Source: Bacteroidaceae bacterium
GTDB lineage: Bacteria; Bacteroidota; Bacteroidia; Bacteroidales; Bacteroidaceae
Length of the DNA stretch: 64,000 nucleotides
NCBI GenBank assembly: GCA_900768625.1
Contig: CAAGDO010000304.1
Location: 617 to 64,616 of the forward strand
Direction: 5' to 3'
A program made the position numbers and the translations under genes. Positions 56,708-64,000 of the stretch are shown one piece after another. The number at the start of each line of letters is the position of its first letter. Position 1 is the first letter of the stretch. The notes below the pieces were generated by a model, which ran no database searches, was not told the DNA's origin, and saw only the letters and a program-made list of their open reading frames with translations.

Positions 56708-57337
56708 TTATAGCCCCTCACTGTCGGCTTCAAGGAATTGGCGCATGGCCTCTTTCGGGTCGGTGGCGTTGAGCACGGCTCCGCTGACTGCAATGCCGTG
56801 GATGCCACAGGCCAGAATGGCAGGCACATCGGCAAGGGTGATACCCCCTATGGCGCAAATGGGGATGCGGATTTCTTCTTCTTCCATCGCTTTCATGATG
56901 GCTGCGTAACCTTCAAGGCCAATCGTAGGAGCAAGTTTCTCTTTCGTGGTGGTGAAGCGGAAAGGGCCGCATCCCACGTAGTCAGCGCTTTGGCGCTTGA
57001 GGCGGCGAATGTCGTCGATGGTGTTGGCCGTTCCGCCGATGATGAAGTCATGGCCAAGCAGTTCGCGTGCTTCATTGACGGGAAGGTCGTTTTTGCCCAG
57101 GTGCACACCGTCGGCTTCAATGCGTTTCACGAGCTCCACGCGGTCATCAATGATGAACGTGGCTTCATGAGCCTTGCAGGCTGCCTGCAGACGGCGGGCG
57201 ATGGGTTCCACCTCCTCATCGGAGAATCCTTTCATGCGAAGTTGAATCCATTTGCATCCGCCTTCCAGAGCCAGCATGGCTGATTCTTCATGACTGATAG
57301 TGGCATTGCTGTGGGTGATGAATTGAACGGGTACCAT
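56708..57337 (-). CDS. thiE: Thiamine-phosphate synthase
   Basis: Start MVPVQFITH; WIQLRMK, IIDDR, ADGVHLGK.D, GPFRFTTTK, AIGGIT. Confidence 0.95.
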   Translation of the reverse strand: MVPVQFITHSNATISHEESAMLALEGGCKWIQLRMKGFSDEEVEPIARRLQAACKAHEATFIIDDRVELVKRIEADGVHLGKNDLPVNEARELLGHDFIIGGTANTIDDIRRLKRQSADYVGCGPFRFTTTKEKLAPTIGLEGYAAIMKAMEEEEIRIPICAIGGITLADVPAILACGIHGIAVSGAVLNATDPKEAMRQFLEADSEGL

Positions 57338-57579
57338 ATTCGTTGGTGTGTTTGATTCTATGTGATTGTTTGTCACGATGCGTACAGCCGTAGCCTCTGA
57401 ACCATTGTTTGAACTGTATGGGCATAAGTGTAACACCGCAACGTTTGCTGCGAGATAGTGCGGAAAGGCTGTAAGGGGATGGGATACATGCCGTGATGAT
57501 GGATTGACGGCAAAGCGTTTTCACCCCTTGTCAACAAATGAAGGGTGAGGGGGAGAATCAATAAAAATGTGCACCTTTG

Positions 57580-57668
57580 TCCTAACTATTCCTTCGCCGG
57601 CATTATCCGTGGCAGGTTCTAAGGGTATGTTCTCAGCGAAGCAAATGCGTTCGCACCCCTTGTTGCCT
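57580..57668 (-). promoter_or_regulatory. TPP riboswitch
   Basis: Minus strand AGGGGTGC...GCTGAGA.CATACCCTTAGAACCTG..CGGATAATGCCGGCGAAGGAA; upstream of thiE-thiC; -7 box TACTTTTG at 57682-57689. Boundaries approximate. Confidence 0.93.
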
Positions 57669-57859
57669 CAAAAGAGCATGACAAAAGTACAAATAAAATT
57701 ACATTTGCCAAAAAATATCCGACGTTTCTTGCAAATCCCGTGAAAAGCCCCTATATTTGCAACAGGATAAGGGCTTATTGTGCTCAGACGAGTCATATGA
57801 GCTTCTCAGTATCCATCAATCAATCCCATTAAATTTACATTCGATACGGACGATTCATT

Positions 57860-58183
57860 ATGAAGAATTCTACATCACGCATATCTTTGTTCCTTCTGGC
57901 ATTCATGCTTCCATTGGCTCTGTTGGCCCATCCCGGTGAAACGGAGTTGGAAGGAGTTGAAGCCTTGGTGGAGGGTGTGGCCGATGTTCAGGTTACGACA
58001 TCACAGAAAACGGTGCATGTGAAGAATGCCATGGGCGAAAAGCTGGAGGTATTCAATGTCACTGGAGTTTGTGTGGCTTCTGTCAGAATAGACAGCAATG
58101 ACAAGCAGATCACCCTCAATGTCGAGAAGGGTATCTATATTCTCAGAGTGGGAAATGTGACCCGGAAGGTGAAACTGGGTTGA
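57860..58183 (+). CDS. Small exported protein consisting largely of a T9SS C-terminal sorting-like domain
   Basis: Signal peptide; LEVFNVTG...KGIYILRVG...KV. Confidence 0.75.
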   Translation: MKNSTSRISLFLLAFMLPLALLAHPGETELEGVEALVEGVADVQVTTSQKTVHVKNAMGEKLEVFNVTGVCVASVRIDSNDKQITLNVEKGIYILRVGNVTRKVKLG

Positions 58184-58244
58184 TCCCTCTTGACTTGCCC
58201 CTAAGTCATACCATTTTGACTTTCGCACACCTACTTCCAGTGCA

Positions 58245-58291
58245 ACAGACACCCGCCATTCTTCAATAATAGAGGAATGGCGGGTGTCTGT
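58245..58291 (+). terminator. Probable intrinsic terminator
   Basis: ACAGACACCCGCCATTC / GAATGGCGGGTGTCTGT perfect 17-bp stem. Confidence 0.7.
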
Positions 58292-58674
58292 GTTATGTTT
58301 TGCCGTATAGGTTGTGAAGCTTTTCGTTATGGGGGATTCCTGCCTTTGAGAAAAAATCTGGCTGTATATACTCCCAGGTTCTGTTGGGGGAGGGCAAGTT
58401 CGGAACGGAAAGAAAATACAAAGTTAATGCTTTAAAATGAAGGATGGGGCAAGAAGCGACGTAAAAAATACGAAATAGAGAAGAGACCAGTTTTTTTGCC
58501 GTAAAATTGGTTCTATTCCGGTTGGATTTTCTAATTTTACAGCCAATAAAGTTCAAACACCCCATTTTGCGGGTGGTCAGGAAAGCGAACTTTAACCTCC
58601 TTACCAACAACCCATGGTTGCACGCAATTCTCTATATCAAAGATTTGCTGCATCCATCACATCCCAACACAACC

Positions 58675-59607
58675 ATGTCAGAAAAGCATAGTTTAGTGAC
58701 CATTGCCAATTTGTCGAAGGAGAAGATTATGTATCTCATCCAAATGGCACAAGAGTTTGAAAAACGCCCTAACCGAAAGATTCTTGACGATAAAGTGGTG
58801 GCGACCCTTTTCTTTGAACCTTCCACTCGAACCCGACTTTCTTTTGAAACGGCGGCCAACCGTCTGGGTGCCCGCGTCATCGGTTTCACCGATCCGAAGG
58901 TGACCAGCTCCTCGAAGGGGGAAACACTCAAGGATACGATCATGATGGTGAGCAATTATGCCGATGTGATTGTGATGCGCCATTTCCTTGAAGGTGCAGC
59001 TCGCTATGCAAGCGAAGTATCTCCCGTTCCTGTTGTCAATGCCGGAGACGGTGCCAATCAGCATCCTTCGCAAACGATGCTCGATCTCTATAGCATCTAT
59101 AAGACCCAGGGCACACTGGAAAACCTCAACATCTATCTTGTGGGCGACTTGAAGTATGGTCGTACCGTTCATTCCCTCCTTATGGCCATGCGCCACTTCA
59201 ATCCCACGTTCCATTTCATCGCACCAAAGGAACTCGCCATGCCCGATGAGTATAAGGTGTACTGCAAGGAACATGGTATCCGTTTCGTGGAACATGAGGA
59301 CTTTGACGCAGAAACCATCAAGGACGCCGACATTCTCTATATGACTCGCGTGCAGCGTGAACGCTTCACCGACCTCATGGAGTACGAACGCGTCAAGGAT
59401 ATCTATATTCTTCGTGCAGAAATGCTCAAGAACGTGAGAGAGAATTTGCGTATCCTTCATCCGCTGCCTCGCGTGAATGAAATCGCTTATGATGTCGACG
59501 ATGATCCCCATGCCTACTATTTCGAGCAGGCCCACAACGGACTTTATGCCCGTCAGGCCATTATCTGTGATGTCCTTGGCATCACACTCGACGAGATCAA
59601 AGCCTAA
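58675..59607 (+). CDS. pyrB: Aspartate carbamoyltransferase catalytic subunit
   Basis: Start [41 protein letters not shown]. Confidence 0.97.
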   Translation: MSEKHSLVTIANLSKEKIMYLIQMAQEFEKRPNRKILDDKVVATLFFEPSTRTRLSFETAANRLGARVIGFTDPKVTSSSKGETLKDTIMMVSNYADVIVMRHFLEGAARYASEVSPVPVVNAGDGANQHPSQTMLDLYSIYKTQGTLENLNIYLVGDLKYGRTVHSLLMAMRHFNPTFHFIAPKELAMPDEYKVYCKEHGIRFVEHEDFDAETIKDADILYMTRVQRERFTDLMEYERVKDIYILRAEMLKNVRENLRILHPLPRVNEIAYDVDDDPHAYYFEQAHNGLYARQAIICDVLGITLDEIKA

Positions 59608-59664
59608 GGCATCATTTCAGCATCACCAATTTCCCCCCATCTGAATTTTTCAATCCCAATAAGA

Positions 59665-60120
59665 ATGAAACGTCAAGAACTCATGGTGGCCGCCATCAAG
59701 GATGGCACGGTCATCGACCATATACCTTCCAACAAACTTTTTGAAGTGGTGCGTCTCCTGCATCTGGAAAACATCTCTTCCTCCGTCATGATCGGCTATA
59801 ATCTCAAGAGTGGAAAAATGGGCGACAAGAGTATTGTCAAGATTGCCAACAAATTCTTCTCTGATGCCGAACTCAACCAGCTTTCCGTGATCGCTCCGAA
59901 CGTGACGCTCTGCATCATCCGTGACTATGAAGTTGTGGAGAAAAAGTGTGTGACGTTGCCCGACGAAGTTGCAGGAATCGTGAAATGCGCCAACCCCAAG
60001 TGCATCACCAACAATGAGCCTATGCTCACCCGTTTCCGTGTTGTCGATCGCGAGAAGGGCATTCTTCAGTGTCAGTACTGCGAGAAGGAGCTCAGTCTCG
60101 ATAAGGTGAAACTTCTCTGA
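59665..60120 (+). CDS. pyrI: Aspartate carbamoyltransferase regulatory subunit
   Basis: AIKDGTVIDHIP; CANPKCIT...CQYCE. Confidence 0.96.
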   Translation: MKRQELMVAAIKDGTVIDHIPSNKLFEVVRLLHLENISSSVMIGYNLKSGKMGDKSIVKIANKFFSDAELNQLSVIAPNVTLCIIRDYEVVEKKCVTLPDEVAGIVKCANPKCITNNEPMLTRFRVVDREKGILQCQYCEKELSLDKVKLL

Positions 60121-60124
60121 TCGC

Positions 60125-60685
60125 ATGGGGAAGGTTGACTGGAAGCCAGGCACGATGATCTATCCGTTGCCTGCATTGCTCGTATCCTGTGGCACGAAAG
60201 AAGAGGATTATAATCTCTTCACCGTGGCATGGTCAGGAACGATTTGTACCAATCCAGCCATGTGCTACATTTCGGTGCGTCCGGAGCGGCATTCCTACAA
60301 GCTGATTGCCGACTCCATGGAGTTTGTAATTAATCTCACCACGGAGGATTTAGCCAAAGCCACCGATTGGTGCGGCGTACGTTCAGGGCGTGATTATCGG
60401 AAATTTGAAGAAATGCAACTGACTCCAGCCCCCTCGCGATGTCTCCGTACGCCGATAGTGAAGGAATCCCCACTTAGCATTGAATGCAAAGTAAAGGAAA
60501 TCGTTCATCTCGGTTCTCACGATATGTTTATGGCCGAGGTGGTCAATGTCCAAGCCGATGACCGTTTCATGGATGCCGAAGGCAAGTGGCATCTGGATAA
60601 AAGTAATCCGTTGGTCTATCTCCATGGTGCGTACTATTCCCTTGGGGATTTCATCGGTCGCTTTGGATGGAGCGTGAAAAAATAG
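60125..60685 (+). CDS. Flavin reductase family protein
   Basis: YPLPALLVSCG, ISVRPERHS, EFVINL, CGVRSG, GSHDMF. Confidence 0.88.
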   Translation: MGKVDWKPGTMIYPLPALLVSCGTKEEDYNLFTVAWSGTICTNPAMCYISVRPERHSYKLIADSMEFVINLTTEDLAKATDWCGVRSGRDYRKFEEMQLTPAPSRCLRTPIVKESPLSIECKVKEIVHLGSHDMFMAEVVNVQADDRFMDAEGKWHLDKSNPLVYLHGAYYSLGDFIGRFGWSVKK

Positions 60686-60869
60686 AAGTCGTCTGAACTT
60701 TTCTGACGAAGATTTGAATTGGAGCATGAGCTCTTCTTCATTCCATCTTCACCTTTCTTTCTGGCTGTTTTTTCCTTTCATCAGTCGTGTGGATCGTCCT
60801 TCTTCAAGGCCCGAAAACGCTTCAAGAATAAAGGCAAATCTTGAGTTTCATCAAAGTTCAGACGAATTC
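60685..60869 (+). mobile_element. MITE family A, copy 6 (internal deletion)
   Basis: Left TIR begins at the G of the upstream gene's TAG stop; right end GTTCAGACGAATTC. Confidence 0.88.
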
Positions 60870-61178
60870 AATCTCATCAGAAAATAAGGCATTGCCCCTG
60901 ATTCATTCTGCAAATGGATGATTCAGGGGTTTTTCATGGTCAGATGGAATGCTGCTTATGATACTTTCATCCACAATTATTGCTGTCCGGTAAAAACCGA
61001 TGAACCATAACTCTGTGCTATAGTTCCATATTGCGCGCTTAAGTGTGTTATAGGGGTACCGACATAGCGTTGAGTTGGTACCATGTGTATCGAATGTATG
61101 GTACCGCTTATAGCTGTGCTTTGGTATCAGTACCAAAACACCGCTACAGGAGGTACCAAATCATTGATTTTATCGGCA

Positions 61179-61255
61179 ACACTCCCTCTTCAAGTTCCAA
61201 AAACGCCTCAAGAATAAAGGCAAATCTTGAGTTTCATCAAAGTTCAGACGACTTC
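61179..61255 (+). mobile_element. MITE family A, copy 7 (3' part only)
   Basis: ACACTCCCTCTTCAAG...AAAGTTCAGACGACTTC followed by ATA. Confidence 0.85.
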
Positions 61256-61271
61256 ATAGTCGACGCATCCC

Positions 61272-61764
61272 CCCCGTGCAATTTGTCCATTCCTTCCGTC
61301 TCGCCCAAATAAGCGGCGCAGTTGGTGGGAATGGACAATTTGATGGTCATTCGCGTTGGCTTTATTTCTTGTTTGGTTTCTTTGAGGGGGGAGTGGATGA
61401 TGGGGAAGGAGAGTGGAATCTATTGGTATATTTGACGGAAATTATACATAAAATGAGGGGTTAAAAGTTTCCGCCACTATTACCGATACAGACACTATTG
61501 CCAAGCGTGCGTTTTTTGGCAGAAAGAATCGTTGATATTGATATTCAAGCATATAAACATTTTTCATGGTTGGTAATAAAATACTCTTGAATGGCTTTGT
61601 TTGTTGTTCTAAATGGCGGAATTGTTATGTTGTTGGACATGGGGCGTATGTTGATATATATAAGATGGGGGGGGTAAATACCCCTTTATAGACATAGTCC
61701 ATATTTAACAGCAGTCAAGATTCATGATGAGTGAGGACGATGATGGTAAGTCAGAGTAAGACCT
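61272..61764. repeat. Non-coding module B, copy 2 (ends at MITE C insertion)
   Basis: 61454-61525 matches 30134-30205 at 69/72 positions; further shared blocks on both sides. Confidence 0.8.
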
Positions 61765-61766
61765 GT

Positions 61767-62051
61767 TATAGTCAAACAGAAGTGCTTTGAGAAATTTTCA
61801 AGTCCTCATATCATCTGGATTTGCTTGGGCGTGCTTCGCACGCTGGGTTTCTACATTAATTTCCGTCAATTAGCCATTAATGGCCATAAATACTGCGTGC
61901 TTGCGCACGCTTCTCCCCTCAGCGTGCTGAAGCACGCCTTGAGGAGGAAATGTTCATTAATGGCTACGCCCTCAAAACGAGACAGTGTAAATGCTCAATC
62001 AAGTTTCAAATTCCGTTCGGTTGATTCTCAAAACATTTCTTTTTGACTATA
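61767..62051. mobile_element. MITE family C (IS630/Correia/RUP-like TATAGTC ends), 285 bp
   Basis: TATAGTCAAACAGAAGTGCTTTGAGAA / TTCTCAAAACATTTCTTTTTGACTATA (24/27); terminal TA; reconstructed empty site GTTAAC. Confidence 0.8.
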
Positions 62052-62057
62052 ACCGCT

Positions 62058-62125
62058 AAATCACACGGGAATCGCACGTTCCGCTTTATCCTCTTAAAGC
62101 CCAACGCGCGATTCCCGTGTGATTT
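62058..62125. repeat. 23-bp inverted repeat (family D motif)
   Basis: AAATCACACGGGAATCGCACGTT / AACGCGCGATTCCCGTGTGATTT (22/23). Confidence 0.75.
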
Positions 62126-62208
62126 TATCTTCAGTTTTTCCTACACTTACGAATTAGATTTTTTACCTTTGCCCCACGTTTTCTTTTATCCACCAAGCCA
62201 AGCCCTTC

Positions 62209-64000
62209 ATGAAGCACATTCTCTCCATCATTCTTCTCTTTTCCTTCCTTCTCACTCCTATCGGTGCACAGGAACGCATGCAACAGGCTGAAGCACTGTT
62301 CCAACGGTTCAAGGCTGCCGCAACCTTCGACTATCGCTACCCGCGCGAGAAGGTGTACGTACATTTTGACAATTCGGGCTATATGGAGAACGACACGATA
62401 TGGTATAAAGCCTACGTGGTGCGCGCCTCCTCGCTCACACCGACCAACCTCAGCCGTGTGCTCTACACGGAGTTGCTCAATGCTGACGGCCAGCTGATTG
62501 AGCAACAGATTCTCCGCATCGACTCGCTGGGACAGGCCAATGGTTGCTTTGCACTGAAACTCCCCGTAAGGGCGGGCTTCTATGAAGTGCGGGCCTTCAC
62601 CCGAGAAATGACCAACTGGGGCGAGACGGCCTGCTTCTCAAGGGTGTTGCCCGTCTTTGCCGCCAAACAGAAGGAGAAGAAGGACGTGGCAGGCGGAAAC
62701 TACAACACGGAGGAACTGGAAATCCCCATGCCGCAAGCGAGAAAGAAGCCGTCACTGGGCGAACCGCGTCCCTACGAACTGGAAGAGAACACGCAACGCA
62801 CGCTGTCGTTCTATCCAGAGGGAGGATGGCGAGGCAAAGGATTGTCGCAACAAGTCGCTTTCAGTCTGCTCGACGGACGCGGACATGCCGTGGACGATAC
62901 ACTGCAGATTTTCTCCGACGACGGGCAGCTCGTGGCTGAAACCGTGGCCGAGCACGAAGGCATGGGTTCCTTCCGCCTTCCTGCGGACGTGGGCCGAGGC
63001 TATGCCCAACTGAAAGGGCGCTCCAGACGTTGGGAACTCCCCGAACCAAAGGCCGATTTCGTGCTTCATGCCGAACCTTCCGACTCAGGTATCACGGTGG
63101 AACTGACGGCCAACGCTGCAGGGGAGGCAACGGGCAGTCTGCTGGGACTGGCCGTGATGAACCGCGAGAGGGTGTGCTTTTTCGACACGCTTGCCGCGAC
63201 ACAGCAAGGCGTGGAAACCTTCATTCCCCTTCGGGCCCTCCGCGGCGGAGTGAATCGCATTGAAATTTTCGACACCGATGGCCGCAGTCTGGCCACCCGT
63301 CTGGCATGGTGTGCACCGAAACCCACAGAAGGACGTAACCTCCACATGGTGGTGCGCCAGAACAAAGCGGAATACGGAGCCTTCGAGCCTGCCGTGCTCA
63401 GCCTCGAATTGAAGGACGCGCAAGGCCAACCCGTCCGCACAACGGTCAGCCTCGCCGTGCGCGACAGGAGCGGGAACATGGTGACCGACTCCGACCCCGG
63501 CCTTCAGGCGGAAATGCTTCTTGCCTCGGAACTGCGCGGCTTCATCGCCCAACCTCAGGCCTATTTCCTTCGCAACGACGCGGCTCACCGTCGGATGACG
63601 GACCTCCTGATGATGGTGCAGGGCTGGACGGCCAATGCGTTCAGCGTGATGTGTGACGCCGATACGTTCCGCCTCCGCCAACCCATCGAGGAGCATCTCA
63701 TTCTCCGCGGGGCGCTCATCAAGGGAGTGGGCAAAAAGCGCGAACCGCAGGCCGACTGCCGCTTGAGCCTGAAGATGTACTCCCTCGCTGGAGGTGCCCT
63801 CGAGGGCGTGACACGCACGGACAAGGACGGAAAGTTCGTCTTCCAGTCGGCAGTGGACTACGCCGGTCCCTACATTGCCCAATTCACCGCCACGGACAAC
63901 AACGGAAAACGGCGCTGGAATCGCCTGACGCTCGACCGATGGTTTGCCCCTACGCCACGGGCATTCTGCGGACAGGAACTCGACATCCACCCCTATCTTC
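62209..64000 (+). CDS. Large exported MG2 (macroglobulin-like) domain protein, 3' end beyond window
   Basis: Not in the ORF track because it has no stop in the window. MKHILSIILLFSFLLTPIGAQ signal peptide; PREKVYVHFDNSGY...DTIWYKAYV...SRVLYTELL; later FYPEGG, LLASELRGFI, DLLMMVQGW; -7 box TACCTTTG at 62164-62171. Confidence 0.8.
   Translation, partial: MKHILSIILLFSFLLTPIGAQERMQQAEALFQRFKAAATFDYRYPREKVYVHFDNSGYMENDTIWYKAYVVRASSLTPTNLSRVLYTELLNADGQLIEQQILRIDSLGQANGCFALKLPVRAGFYEVRAFTREMTNWGETACFSRVLPVFAAKQKEKKDVAGGNYNTEELEIPMPQARKKPSLGEPRPYELEENTQRTLSFYPEGGWRGKGLSQQVAFSLLDGRGHAVDDTLQIFSDDGQLVAETVAEHEGMGSFRLPADVGRGYAQLKGRSRRWELPEPKADFVLHAEPSDSGITVELTANAAGEATGSLLGLAVMNRERVCFFDTLAATQQGVETFIPLRALRGGVNRIEIFDTDGRSLATRLAWCAPKPTEGRNLHMVVRQNKAEYGAFEPAVLSLELKDAQGQPVRTTVSLAVRDRSGNMVTDSDPGLQAEMLLASELRGFIAQPQAYFLRNDAAHRRMTDLLMMVQGWTANAFSVMCDADTFRLRQPIEEHLILRGALIKGVGKKREPQADCRLSLKMYSLAGGALEGVTRTDKDGKFVFQSAVDYAGPYIAQFTATDNNGKRRWNRLTLDRWFAPTPRAFCGQELDIHPYL

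Noticed and set aside
58245..58426. Possible minus-strand sRNA from TAACTTTG (about 58419-58426) to the 58245-58291 hairpin
   Set aside because: Supported only by one common 8-mer; no recognisable structure or family.

Overview
Chromosomal segment of a gut/oral Bacteroidales bacterium (Prevotellaceae-like; inferred from gene content, the atpD-C-x-B-E-F-H-A-G order and TAnnTTTG -7 promoter boxes). It is mostly core genes: putative porin, recN, coaBC, dnaQ-like, dnaN, mtgA, yggS, the F1Fo ATP synthase operon, queE/queD between tRNA-Thr and tRNA-Cys-Cys-Asp, recR, trmD, ligA, nqrA-F, nspC, galE, an RpoD-family sigma factor, pdxA, rlmN, TPP riboswitch-thiE-thiC and pyrB-pyrI. Highlights: (1) a five-gene cluster (45154-49733) resembling the CDP-inositol-type inositol-lipid pathway, with no adjacent inositol-phosphate synthase and with an ATP-grasp protein bearing ITPK1-like inositol-kinase motifs; (2) seven copies of a ~192-bp MITE with 18-bp TIRs, two with perfect 3-bp target duplications; (3) a small accessory block between ligA and nqrF in which a membrane-anchored wHTH regulator precedes a beta-barrel gene carrying a 3 x 11-bp TGTCAG box; (4) a hotspot of nested non-coding elements at 60.7-62.1 kb, including an IS630-type MITE and a ~490-bp module repeated at 30 kb. 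No CRISPR array, transposase or integrase was found. All calls come from reading the sequence by eye; no database searches were run.
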